A stretch of DNA of 64,000 nt from Bryobacterales bacterium. GTDB taxonomy: Bacteria; Acidobacteriota; Terriglobia; Bryobacterales; UBA6623. The stretch spans positions 1,824,001 to 1,888,000 of the forward strand of contig OY729428.2 of the NCBI GenBank assembly GCA_963422375.2. Reading direction: 5' to 3'. Below the pieces are notes generated by a model. The model saw only the letters and a list, made by a program, of their open reading frames with translations, searched no databases and was not told the origin of the DNA. Shown here one piece after another: positions 20,617 through 30,343 of the stretch. How positions within the stretch are numbered: position 1 is the stretch's first letter; every line of letters begins with the position of its first letter. The translations under genes were made by a program, and so were the position numbers.

Positions 20617-23600
20617 ATGCGGAACCGTCTGGCCCTGTCACTGCTGCTCGCTGCAGGCGTTTCGTTCCCTCAGACCAAGCTGCTCAGGTTCCCCGATATC
20701 CAAGGCGACAGAGTCGCTTTCGCGTACGCCGGCGACCTTTGGACCGTGCCGGCGCTGGGCGGCCGCGCGGTTCGCCTGACGGCTCATTCAGGACTGGAAC
20801 TGTTCCCGAAGTTCTCGCCGGACGGAGCGTGGATCGCGTTCACCGGTCAGTACGACGGGGACGAGCAAGTCTACGTCATCCCGTCCGTTGGCGGCGAGCC
20901 CCGGCAGCTGACGTTCTATCCCGCAAGAGGGCCGCTCGCGCCACGCTGGGGCTACGACCACCAAGTGTACGGCTGGACGCCCGACGGCACCGCCGTCCTG
21001 TTCCGCTCGTCCCGCGCCTACTGGGGAGCGAAGGACGGCAGGCTCTACACCGTGCCGCTCGAAGGCGGTCTCCCGACGCCTCTCGAGATGCCTGTTGCGG
21101 GTGCCGGAGCGATTTCCCCGGACGGCAGCTTCGTGGCATACTCGCCCCTGTTCCGGGACTTCCGTACTTGGAAGCGGTACCAAGGCGGGTGGGCGCAGGA
21201 TCTCTACCTGTTCGATCGCGGCAACTCTACCACGCAGCGCATCACCGACCACGTCAGGACGGACCGCGACCCGATGTGGGTCGGCGGGGAGGTGCATTTC
21301 GCCTCGGACCGGGACGGAATCCTCAATCTCTACCGTTACGACCAAGAGTCGAATCAGCCCAGGCAGCTGACCCACGAGAAGACCTGGGACGTGCGGTGGC
21401 CTTCGACAGACTCCGACCATCGCATCGTGTACGAGCTGAACGGGGAGCTCAGCATACTCGACACCAGGACTGGCCGGTCGCGGGCGCTCCGTATCGAAGT
21501 GCCCAGCGACGGCGGGTCGCGGCGCCCGCGGAGAGTCTCGGCGGCGTCGAGCGTCGAGAGCTACGGCCTCAGCCCAAAGGGCCGTCGAGCGGTATTCAGC
21601 GCACGAGGCGACGTATTCACGGTGCCCGCGGAGAAGGGCCCGACCCGGAACCTGACGCGATCGTCGGACTCGCATGACCGCCTCCCGAGCTGGTCCCCCG
21701 ACGGCCGGTGGATTGCATTCGTCTCGGACAAGTCCGGCGAGGAGCAGCTGTACCGAGTCGAGCAGCGAGGAGGCAAGCCCGAGCAGCTCACCGAAGGGGT
21801 GCGCGGTCGTCTCTACAGGCTCGAGTGGTCGCCGGATTCGAAGAGGATTGCGTTCTCGGACAAGGAAGGCAAGGTCTACGTTCTCGATGTCGAGAGCAGG
21901 GACGTCACCGAGATCGCAGACGAGCCTCGCGGGAGAATTACCGACTACAGGTGGTCACCGCAAGGCGGATATCTGGCGTTCACCGTCAGCGTGTCCGCCG
22001 TGAGGAACTCGATCTTTATCTGGGACGCGTCCGACGGGCAGCTGCACCAAGTGGGCGGCGATTTCTTCGACGAGCACACGCCGGCTTGGGGCAGGAACGG
22101 GGACTATCTCTACTATCTCAGCGACCGCGAGTTTTCGCCGCTGATCTCTTCGACGGAATGGAACTTCGCGACAGACAGGCAGACCGGGGTCTTCGCGCTC
22201 GCGCTGCGACGGGACGTTTCCCATCCCTTCCCGCCCGAGAGCGACGAGGCCGAAGTGAAGGCAGGGGAGCCGTCCGACGGCGACGACGATGCCGACGAGG
22301 ACGGCCACGGCGACAGCGAAGACTCGGATGGGGAAGACGGCGAGCACGCGGACAAGCAGGAGTCCTCCATGGAGCCTGTTCGGATCGACTTCGACGGCTT
22401 GGCCGGCCGCGTGGCACCGGTTCCCGTCCCGGCAGACAACTATCCCATCTCGGGATTGCGGGCCCTTGACGGCTCGCTGCTCCTCGTGCGCGACGAGCCG
22501 TTCTACTACGGGCGCGACTCGGGCGGCGAAGCCGAGATCAAGATCTTCGACCTGAAGGAGCGCGAATTCAAGACCGTGACGCAGGGGCGGCGCTTCGCCT
22601 TGTCTCGCGACGGCAAGAAGCTCTTGGTGCGGCAGAAGGGCTCGTACAAGCTGTACGATGCCAAGGCCGCTGCCAAGGATCCCAAGACGGTCTCGACGGC
22701 CGGGCTGCAGGTCGACCTTGTTCCAGCGCAGGAATGGAAAACGATCTTCGAGGAAGTTTGGAGGCGCTACCGCGACTTCTTCTACGTCCGAAACATGCAC
22801 GGCTATGACTGGGAGGCGATCCGGGAGCGGTACCGCCCGTGGCTCGAGCATGTCCGGCACCGCTCCGACCTCAACTACGTCATCGGAGAAATGATCGCTG
22901 AACTCAACGTCGGCCACGCCTACATCTCGGGCGGCGACTACACCGCTCCTCCCAGGCCCAACGTCGCTCTGATGGGCGCCGATCTCGAACTCGACGCCGC
23001 CAGCGGCCGCTACCGCATCGCGAGGATCCTGGATGGCCAGAACGAGGAAAGCGAGTACCGGTCCCCCCTGACGGAAATCGGCGTGGATGCGCGAGCCGGG
23101 GACTATGTGCTGGCGATCGACGGGGAGGACTTGGCAGCCGGAGACAACCCATACAGGATGTTGCGGCACAAGTCGTCGCGGCCCGTCGAGCTGCTCCTGA
23201 ACGGCAGCCCGGAGCCCGACGGAGCGCGCACCGTCGAGTACAGCCCGGTCACCGACGAGTCGAATCTCCGCTATCTCGGGTGGGTCGAGGGAAATCGGCG
23301 GGCTGTTAGCGAGGCGACAGACGGCAGGGTGGGGTACCTCCATGTCCCCGACATGAGTTCTCGTGGCATCAGCGAGTTCATCAAGTGGTACTACCCGCAG
23401 CTGCGCAAGGAGGGCCTGGTGGTGGATGTCCGCGGGAACGGCGGCGGAAACGTGTCGCAAATGCTGATCGAGCGGCTAAGCCGCCAGCTGCTCGGCACGC
23501 GCTACTCGCGGACCAACGGGGATTTCCGCACCTACCCGAACGAAGTCTTCCTCGGGCATCTAGTCTGCTTGGTGAGCGAGAACTCCGCTTCCGACGGGGA

Positions 23601-23931
23601 CATCTTCGCCGCTCGCTTCAAGCGGGCCGGTCTCGGTCCGCTGATCGGCAAGCGGTCGTGGGGAGGCGTGATTGGCATCACGTCGCACGGACCGCTGATG
23701 GACGGAGGAGACGTGCGAGTGCCCGAATTCGCGACGAACGATGTGGACGGGGCGTGGATCATCGAGGGCTACGGTGTCGAGCCCGATATCGTGATCGAGA
23801 ACGACGCTGCGGCGGTACTGGCCGGACGCGACCCACAACTCGAGCGGGCTGTCGCGGAGGTCCTGCGCATGATTCGCGAGGATCCCAAGCCGCGGCCGTC
23901 GCGTCCGGCGGATCCGGTTCGGACGCAGTAG
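20617..23931 (+). CDS. Tricorn protease (peptidase S41 with PD40 propellers and PDZ domain)
   Basis: LLRFPDI, WSPDG repeats, MHGYDW, GYLHVPDM, DVRGNGGG, SASDGDIF catalytic Ser region, EGYGVEPD. Confidence 0.96.
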   Translation: MRNRLALSLLLAAGVSFPQTKLLRFPDIQGDRVAFAYAGDLWTVPALGGRAVRLTAHSGLELFPKFSPDGAWIAFTGQYDGDEQVYVIPSVGGEPRQLTFYPARGPLAPRWGYDHQVYGWTPDGTAVLFRSSRAYWGAKDGRLYTVPLEGGLPTPLEMPVAGAGAISPDGSFVAYSPLFRDFRTWKRYQGGWAQDLYLFDRGNSTTQRITDHVRTDRDPMWVGGEVHFASDRDGILNLYRYDQESNQPRQLTHEKTWDVRWPSTDSDHRIVYELNGELSILDTRTGRSRALRIEVPSDGGSRRPRRVSAASSVESYGLSPKGRRAVFSARGDVFTVPAEKGPTRNLTRSSDSHDRLPSWSPDGRWIAFVSDKSGEEQLYRVEQRGGKPEQLTEGVRGRLYRLEWSPDSKRIAFSDKEGKVYVLDVESRDVTEIADEPRGRITDYRWSPQGGYLAFTVSVSAVRNSIFIWDASDGQLHQVGGDFFDEHTPAWGRNGDYLYYLSDREFSPLISSTEWNFATDRQTGVFALALRRDVSHPFPPESDEAEVKAGEPSDGDDDADEDGHGDSEDSDGEDGEHADKQESSMEPVRIDFDGLAGRVAPVPVPADNYPISGLRALDGSLLLVRDEPFYYGRDSGGEAEIKIFDLKEREFKTVTQGRRFALSRDGKKLLVRQKGSYKLYDAKAAAKDPKTVSTAGLQVDLVPAQEWKTIFEEVWRRYRDFFYVRNMHGYDWEAIRERYRPWLEHVRHRSDLNYVIGEMIAELNVGHAYISGGDYTAPPRPNVALMGADLELDAASGRYRIARILDGQNEESEYRSPLTEIGVDARAGDYVLAIDGEDLAAGDNPYRMLRHKSSRPVELLLNGSPEPDGARTVEYSPVTDESNLRYLGWVEGNRRAVSEATDGRVGYLHVPDMSSRGISEFIKWYYPQLRKEGLVVDVRGNGGGNVSQMLIERLSRQLLGTRYSRTNGDFRTYPNEVFLGHLVCLVSENSASDGDIFAARFKRAGLGPLIGKRSWGGVIGITSHGPLMDGGDVRVPEFATNDVDGAWIIEGYGVEPDIVIENDAAAVLAGRDPQLERAVAEVLRMIREDPKPRPSRPADPVRTQ

Positions 23932-24524
23932 GGCTTCAATGGGATTGACGATAGCTGCCCGGCGGGATGGCGGCGGGGCCGGGAGCGGCACGGGCCGCTT
24001 CGGATAGGGATGGCAGTGATAGGACTTCTGCAACCGCCTCCGACAACGTCGTCATGGTCGGCGACAGATCGCGATGTCGCGCGCCCTGCCCGGCTGGGGC
24101 TGTTGCGGCGATTCGGTACGGTCACTCGGGCGGCAAGGCTCCCGTCGGCGCGAGCGACCGCCATCAGGGATGCCCCGCCCGGGGGCGTAGCCGGTGCCTG
24201 GGCTCCCGGCCCGTGAGGTCGAGGCTCCAATGCGAGCCGACGACTGATCGGCGATAGCAAGTCCTTGCCTAGGCGGTACGCGCGCTCACGTTGCTCGAGT
24301 GCAATGGGGAATCCTCGCATATCGCTAAGAATCAAGATCATTCGCCGTTCATGGCTGCATCTCTCGCTCAGGCTTCGGCCGAAGAGATAGCAGCGGCACT
24401 TCGGCTAGACTTGCCCGAACGCAGTTTTCTCCCGCTTGATGTAGTCCAGATTGAAGACGATTCTAGCCCTGACATCGGCAGGAGGGTTGACACCGTTAAT
24501 CGCACAAGTCTGTCTAGGAACCCT

Positions 24525-25037
24525 CTAGTACACAGGCGTTCCGTAGGGGACGGGTGTTTCGACACGCCGGATATCGCCAACCCGGGCAATCTTCCAGTCG
24601 CCCGCCTGCCTTCGGAGATAGACCTCTTGGACTTCGTTCCGGTCGGCGTAGACGTACTCGACGCGGACCTCCGCTTCGTGGCCCGTTTGCTTCGGAGCGT
24701 TCATGGCGATGCCCTTGATGTCGCGATTGCGCTGCTTCAGGAACTCTGAGAAGCGCTCCGCGCCCATCTCCTCCAGGCTCTGTCGCAGCGTCCGCTCCAT
24801 CTGGCCCATGTAGCAGGCGAGATAGTCGTCGACGACGCCGTCTCGAGCCGCGTCGAGCATGGCGTAGATTACGTCCCGGGGCTCTGCCTTCCGGGATGAT
24901 CCCAAGCCCAAGAACCCGCCATCGTTGTCGGAGCCGCGCCGCAGGGCATCGAATCCGCCCTGGTTCCAAGCGATCAGCGCGAGTGCCGCCGCGATGAGCC
25001 CGATCGTGACGGACTGGGCCTTGGCGTCCTTGCTCAT
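24525..25037 (-). CDS. Small membrane-anchored hypothetical protein (NTF2/DUF4878-like C-terminus)
   Basis: One N-terminal TM; C-terminal AEVRVEYVY..LRRQAGDWKI; ATG overlaps the upstream hflK stop (ATGA). Confidence 0.75.
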   Translation of the reverse strand: MSKDAKAQSVTIGLIAAALALIAWNQGGFDALRRGSDNDGGFLGLGSSRKAEPRDVIYAMLDAARDGVVDDYLACYMGQMERTLRQSLEEMGAERFSEFLKQRNRDIKGIAMNAPKQTGHEAEVRVEYVYADRNEVQEVYLRRQAGDWKIARVGDIRRVETPVPYGTPVY

Positions 25038-26026
25038 GGAACGGCTGACCGGCCTGAGGCTCCCCGGCGGATCAGCGTGAGGTCGAGGTTGCCGCTCTCG
25101 TCCACGATCGTCTTGCGCAGGCGCGGCAGGACTTCCTCCATTGTCTCGAGGAAAAGGCGGCTTCGGGTGACCTCCGGGTTCCGCCGGTACTCGGAGGCGA
25201 GCCGCTCGAATCGCGCCGACTCGCCCTGCGCCTGCTGGATCTTGCTGACGCGATAGCCCTGCGAGGAAGAGAGCATCTGCTGGGCCTCGCCCCGGGCGCG
25301 CGGCAGGATGTCATTCGCGTAGCCTTCCGCCTCGTTGACAATGCGGGCGGAGTCTGCCCGAGCCGACGCTACGTCGCGAAACGCGTCCGCTGCTTCCGCG
25401 GGCGGCGTGACGGAGCGGATATTCACGGTTGACAGCGCGACCCCAAGGCCAAGGCGATCGACAAGCTCCTGAGCCCTGCGCCGGACCTCTTCCTGAATCG
25501 CGATCTTCTCGGTCGTCAGGACGTCATCGACCGAGCGCGTGGCGACTTGCCGTCCTAGAGCCGCCTCGACTGCATTCGCTACGGCTCGCTCCACGTCTCT
25601 GGAGCGGAACAGGTACTGCGCGGGATTGGCCACGCTGTACTGAGCGACAGCCCGCACGTTCAGGATGTTCTGGTCGCCCGTGAGGAACTGCGAGAGGACG
25701 GGATCCGCTGGAATGGCGTTTGCCTCGTCCGCGACCTCGCCTCCGATGAATGCTCGCTTGAGCTCGCGCACCTTGAGCTTGTAGACCCGCCCCACCGGCC
25801 ACGGGAAGTGCCATCCCACGCCAGGCGTGACCTCGTTGTCCGCCAGAGCTCCGAAAGTCGTGAGCACCGCCTGCTCCTCGGTCGGGACGACGTAGATGCC
25901 GGTCGCCAGCCAGATTGCGGCAAGGCCGGCTGCGACTTGGCGGCGCTTGCCGTCGCGAGCCCGGTTGGCCGCGGGCGCGCGGGCCGGCCTCTCCGAGGCT
26001 TGCTCCGGATGCGCGACATCGTGCAT
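25034..26026 (-). CDS. hflK: HflK-like SPFH (band 7) protein
   Basis: TM then GIYVV.TEEQAVLTTFG, PGVGWHFPWP, LTGDQNIL, AFRDV, EAEGYANDILPRARGEA, RLFLETMEEVL. Confidence 0.9.
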   Translation of the reverse strand: MHDVAHPEQASERPARAPAANRARDGKRRQVAAGLAAIWLATGIYVVPTEEQAVLTTFGALADNEVTPGVGWHFPWPVGRVYKLKVRELKRAFIGGEVADEANAIPADPVLSQFLTGDQNILNVRAVAQYSVANPAQYLFRSRDVERAVANAVEAALGRQVATRSVDDVLTTEKIAIQEEVRRRAQELVDRLGLGVALSTVNIRSVTPPAEAADAFRDVASARADSARIVNEAEGYANDILPRARGEAQQMLSSSQGYRVSKIQQAQGESARFERLASEYRRNPEVTRSRLFLETMEEVLPRLRKTIVDESGNLDLTLIRRGASGRSAVP

Positions 26027-26034
26027 GTTCTTGG

Positions 26035-27039
26035 TTACTGCCCCCGCGTCATGAGTCGCAGGAGTTCCGAATCCGCGCTGAGGATAACGGTCGTGTCCTC
26101 GTCCAAGGCCTTGCGGTAGGCCTCCAGCGTGCGCGTCAGTTTGTAGAAGGACTGATTCTTGGAATAGGCCGCTCCGTAGATCCGGGCCGCTTCGGCGTCT
26201 CCCTCGCCCTTTGTCGTCTCGGCCTCCTTGTACGCCTTGGCGAGAATCTCCTCGCGCCTGCGGTCCGCCTCAGCGCGAATGCGTAGCGCTTGCTCCTCTC
26301 CCTCGGCGCGGTACTGGCGCGCGATGCGCTCTCGCTCCGCCCGCATCCGGGCGTAGACGCTCTGCTTGTTCTGTTCCGGCAGGTTGAGCCGCTTCAGCCG
26401 CACGTCCACTACGCGAATGCCGTAGTCCTCCAAGGCTTCCGTGCCGCTCTCCTCGGCGAGCTTGTCGAGCACCTTCTCGGTCTTCGCGATCTCGGGGGAG
26501 ATCGACACGATCTCCTCTAGGTCCAGCCGTGCGATTGTCGCCGCCAAGCGCGACCAGACCAGGTCGTGAAGCCTCATCTCCGCCGCCCGCTCGTTGACCA
26601 CTGTCTTCACGAACGTCTCGGGGTCGGCGATCTGCCATAGCGCGTAGCTGTCGATGCTCAGGTTCTTCTTGTCCTTGGTCAGGAATTCCGAGCGGGGCGG
26701 GTTGTAGACCCGCAGCCGACGGTCGTAGAACCGGACTTGCTGGAGCCACGGGACCTTGACTCTCAGCCCCGCCTCGGTGACGGTGCGAATCGGCTTGCCG
26801 AACCGCGTCACGAAAGCGAACTCGCTCTCGCGCACGGTGAACAGTGTTGACCATGCCAGCAAGAGGCCGAGGAGCCCTAGGAGCCAGGTTCGGTGACGGT
26901 GCAGCGCTGCCCGCCAGTCGAAAGGCTGGCCGGGCGGGGGGGCGTGGCCGTGAGGACGGTGTCCCTCGTGGGCTTCGGAGGGATGGTCGCGTCCATGCGA
27001 ATGTGCGCGGCGACCGTGAGTGTGTTTGTGGTCGTGCAT
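26035..27039 (-). CDS. hflC: HflC-like SPFH protein with His-rich N-terminus
   Basis: FTVRESE..VTRFGKP, LTKDKKNL, VYARMRAERERIARQYRAEGEE, GEGDAEAARIY; 11 His in the first 32 aa. Confidence 0.9.
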   Translation of the reverse strand: MHDHKHTHGRRAHSHGRDHPSEAHEGHRPHGHAPPPGQPFDWRAALHRHRTWLLGLLGLLLAWSTLFTVRESEFAFVTRFGKPIRTVTEAGLRVKVPWLQQVRFYDRRLRVYNPPRSEFLTKDKKNLSIDSYALWQIADPETFVKTVVNERAAEMRLHDLVWSRLAATIARLDLEEIVSISPEIAKTEKVLDKLAEESGTEALEDYGIRVVDVRLKRLNLPEQNKQSVYARMRAERERIARQYRAEGEEQALRIRAEADRRREEILAKAYKEAETTKGEGDAEAARIYGAAYSKNQSFYKLTRTLEAYRKALDEDTTVILSADSELLRLMTRGQ

Positions 27040-27042
27040 GGC

Positions 27043-30000
27043 TTACTCGCCGACCTCGGGTATCTCGAACGGGGGCGGGGGCTGCTGCATCTGGCTCCCT
27101 TGCGGGGCCACCAGGACGCCGTCGTCGACCGTCCAGAGCGTGCGGCGCCCGCCCTGCGAGTCGATCACAAGCTTCTTCCGACCCGGCAGGATCTCCTCCA
27201 TGGTTTCTAGGTAGAGCCGCGTGGAGGTCGATTGCGGGGCGGCGCGGTACGCCGTCTCCAACTGGTTGAACCGCGCCGCGTCGCCGCCCGCCCGGTCGGA
27301 CCGGCTCGCCTTGTAGCCGCGAGCCGTCTGCACCAATGCCGCGCCCTGCCCCCGGGCCAGAGCGACCCGCTCGTTCGAGTAGGCCTCCGCTTCGTTGATC
27401 ATTCGATTCTTCTCCTCGAGCGCGCCGGCGACTTCCCGGAACGCGTCGACGACCTCGACCGATGGATGCATGTCCTGAATGTTGACGTGCAGGACGTTGA
27501 CTCCGCTGTGGTAGTCGGCTAGGAGCTGGTTCAGCTCGTCGGCCGCGCGCCGTTCCGCCCCGCGTCGCCCCGCGGTCAGCAGGGTGTCGAGGGAGACGGA
27601 ATTGACTACCGACCGCAGCGCCGCTTCGGAGGCAGCCCGGATTACCGTCTCCGGATCGACTTGCTGGAACAGGTAGTCATCCGGGCGCTCTATGTCGTAA
27701 TGCACCACCGCGGTCATCTCGATCATGTTCTGGTCGCCCGTCAGCATCAGGGTCTCCTCGTCCCTGAGCTGGATGCGTCCGTCCCGGTGCTGCAGGTTCC
27801 ATTCGTACGATGGAGGCTCGGTGAAGGTGCTGGTCGGCGACGTGCGGAATCCGATCTCGATAACGCGCACCTGTTTCGCTCTGACCTTCGTCACGCGGTC
27901 GACCGGCCACGGAGCCTTGAGGTGCAGGCCCGGCTCGCGATGCGGAAGCACCTTGCGTCCGAATCGCTCGATCACGCCCACTTCCTCGGTGCGCACAGTG
28001 AACGCGGAAGTTGACGCCCACGCCACGAGCAAAGCTGCCCCGGCGGGCTTGGCGAGCCTCCGGCGATTCTCGACGAGCCAGGCAAAGCCGCCGGCTGGAT
28101 CGATGCGGCTCAGGAAACCGACGACGGATTCCCACACGCGCCCGATACCCACAGCGCCCCAGAAGCGCTTCCAGCGGGTCACTTGCCCGGCGGGCCGCTC
28201 GATCCGCAGCAAGCGCACCGAGTTGAGCATCACGAAGATCGACGAGATCTGATGCACCCCCGCGGCGAGGGCGGGGCCCATCCAGCCCTTGCCCGCCACG
28301 TAGACGGCGACCACGTTCACGACGCCTGCGAACAGGATGATGTTCTGCCAGACGGTTGTCACCGCCTGGCGGGACACGCCAAAAAGCCTAGGCAGCTTGC
28401 CGATCTGCGTGTTCAGGTCGACCACATCGGCGGCCTCGGCCGCGATGTCCGCTCCGGACCCAGAAATCGCGACGCCCACGTCGGCTGCGGCCAGGGCTGG
28501 CGCGTCGTTCACCCCGTCCCCGATCATGGCGACCTTGCGGCCCTGGACCTGCAGTTGCTTGATGCGGTCGAGCTTCTGCTCGGGCAGCAGCTCGGCCTCG
28601 ACGTGGGTGATGCCGACGACCCGAGCCATCGCGTCCGCTGCCTTGCGCCGGTCCCCGGTCAGCAGGATGACGTTCGGGATGCCGAGATCCTCGATTTCGT
28701 GGATCGCACCGTGCGCGCCCGCCTTGGGGGTGTCGCGAAGGAGGATGGCTCCGGCAAACTGTTGGCCGTGCGCGACGAGCACCGGCGTTGCGCCCGCCCG
28801 GTCCGCCGCATCCAAGTAGTCCTTCAGGTTCTCGATGCCGTTCTCGGCAAGGAACGCCTCGTTGCCCGCGCGAATGACGCGACCTTCGTGGATGCATTGG
28901 GCGCCGCGCCCGGGGACGATCTTGGCGTCCTGCGACACCCCGGGGGGGATACCGCGCTCGTCGGCGCTGCGGACGATCACCTTGGCCAGCGGATGATCGG
29001 AGCCCGCTTCCGCCGTGGCGCCGAGAGACAGGACCCGCTCCGCGCTGTGGCCCTCTGCGGCCAGGACCTCGACAATCTCGAACTCGCCAGTAGTCAGCGT
29101 CCCGGTCTTGTCGAACACCACCGTGTCGATTTCGGCGGCCTTTTGCACCACCTGGCCGCCGCGAGCCAGAAGGCCCCGGCGGGCAAGGCCGCCGATGGCC
29201 GCGACCATGGCGGCCGGTGTGGCTAGGATCAGGGCGCACGGGCACGCCACGATCAGCACCGCGACGGCCCGGCGGACGCGCTCGGACGTCTCCACGTCGC
29301 TCGCTAGGAAGTAGACGGCCCCGGCAGTCAGCAGGATCGCGGGCAGGAAGTAGCGCGCGTAGCGATCGGCTACACGAACCACGGGGGCGGTGCGGTGGTC
29401 GCGAGCCTCCTCAACTAGATGGATGAGCCGCGCCAATGTCGAGTCGTCGCCTGCGTGCGTGACGCGGACGTGCAAGAGACCATGGCCATTGACGGTGCCG
29501 GAAAAGACCTCGTCACCGGCGGTCTTGTCGCGCGGGACCGATTCGCCCGTGATCGGGCTCTCGTCGATAGACGACTCGCCTCGCTCGACCACGCCGTCAG
29601 CGGCGATCCGCTCCCCGGCGCGCACGGCGATGAGGTCCCCCGGAACCAGATCCTCGACGTGTACCTCGACTTCCGTGCCGTCCCGCAGGACGCGCGCATG
29701 GTGCGGGAGCTGCTCGACGAACCGGTGGATCGCACGTTCCGTGCGCCCGGCTGCCCAAGCTTCTAGGCCCTCGCCTAGCAGCATGATGAACATCGCTTCG
29801 GCCGCGGCTAGGTACTCGCCGATGGCGAGAGCCGCTCCGGCGGCGATGACGATGGCGAGATCGGCCGAGATCCTCCGCTCGAGCAGCTCGGAAATGGCGC
29901 GGTAAAAGGTCTTGTAGCCTGCTAGAACGGCTAGGAAGATCGCCGTGTCGAAGCCGGCGACGGAATCGAAAATCCCTAATACGTTGAGGAGCAGGAGGGC

Positions 30001-30084
30001 GCCGACGACGGCAGTGAACCCTACGTACTTGATCTGCTCCCGCCGGTCGCGATTGATCGCGTGGTCTTCGGAGACAACATGCAC
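27043..30084 (-). CDS. P1B-type heavy-metal-translocating ATPase fused to a C-terminal HflK/SPFH domain
   Basis: ITGES, ACPCAL, DKTGT, SDHPLA and GDGVND motifs; then TM and VIERFGR..PGLHLKAPWP, LTGDQN, RLYLETMEEIL. GTG 30084 start inferred. Confidence 0.9.
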   Translation of the reverse strand: MHVVSEDHAINRDRREQIKYVGFTAVVGALLLLNVLGIFDSVAGFDTAIFLAVLAGYKTFYRAISELLERRISADLAIVIAAGAALAIGEYLAAAEAMFIMLLGEGLEAWAAGRTERAIHRFVEQLPHHARVLRDGTEVEVHVEDLVPGDLIAVRAGERIAADGVVERGESSIDESPITGESVPRDKTAGDEVFSGTVNGHGLLHVRVTHAGDDSTLARLIHLVEEARDHRTAPVVRVADRYARYFLPAILLTAGAVYFLASDVETSERVRRAVAVLIVACPCALILATPAAMVAAIGGLARRGLLARGGQVVQKAAEIDTVVFDKTGTLTTGEFEIVEVLAAEGHSAERVLSLGATAEAGSDHPLAKVIVRSADERGIPPGVSQDAKIVPGRGAQCIHEGRVIRAGNEAFLAENGIENLKDYLDAADRAGATPVLVAHGQQFAGAILLRDTPKAGAHGAIHEIEDLGIPNVILLTGDRRKAADAMARVVGITHVEAELLPEQKLDRIKQLQVQGRKVAMIGDGVNDAPALAAADVGVAISGSGADIAAEAADVVDLNTQIGKLPRLFGVSRQAVTTVWQNIILFAGVVNVVAVYVAGKGWMGPALAAGVHQISSIFVMLNSVRLLRIERPAGQVTRWKRFWGAVGIGRVWESVVGFLSRIDPAGGFAWLVENRRRLAKPAGAALLVAWASTSAFTVRTEEVGVIERFGRKVLPHREPGLHLKAPWPVDRVTKVRAKQVRVIEIGFRTSPTSTFTEPPSYEWNLQHRDGRIQLRDEETLMLTGDQNMIEMTAVVHYDIERPDDYLFQQVDPETVIRAASEAALRSVVNSVSLDTLLTAGRRGAERRAADELNQLLADYHSGVNVLHVNIQDMHPSVEVVDAFREVAGALEEKNRMINEAEAYSNERVALARGQGAALVQTARGYKASRSDRAGGDAARFNQLETAYRAAPQSTSTRLYLETMEEILPGRKKLVIDSQGGRRTLWTVDDGVLVAPQGSQMQQPPPPFEIPEVGE

Positions 30085-30119
30085 AAGTAGACAAAGATAC
30101 CAAACGCCCGCCGGGCGTT

Positions 30120-30343
30120 CAGTCGACGAATCGCCACGGGAAGTGGCCGCAGTCGGCGTTTCGCCACGCCAGTCGACGAATCGCCACGGGAAGTGGCCGC
30201 AGTCGGCGTTTCGCCACGCCAGTCGACGAATCGCCACGGGAAGTGGCCGCAGTCGGCGTTTCGCCACGCCAGTCGACGAATCGCCACGGGAAGTGGCCGC
30301 AGTCGGCGTTTCGCCACGCCAGTCGACGAATCGCCACGGGAAG
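30120..30343. repeat. Perfect 50-bp tandem repeat, 4 full copies plus a 24-bp partial copy
   Basis: Unit CAGTCGACGAATCGCCACGGGAAGTGGCCGCAGTCGGCGTTTCGCCACGC at 30120, 30170, 30220, 30270 and partial at 30320. Confidence 0.97.

Noticed and set aside
22240..22360. Acidic low-complexity tract in tricorn
   Set aside because: Charged linkers at this position are common in bacterial tricorn homologs.
24200..24520. Possible fifth gene of the SPFH operon
   Set aside because: Lower-GC, stop-interrupted fragment with no coherent ORF; likely another remnant.
30120..30343. CRISPR array
   Set aside because: Units are fully identical with no unique spacers, and there are no cas genes in the window.
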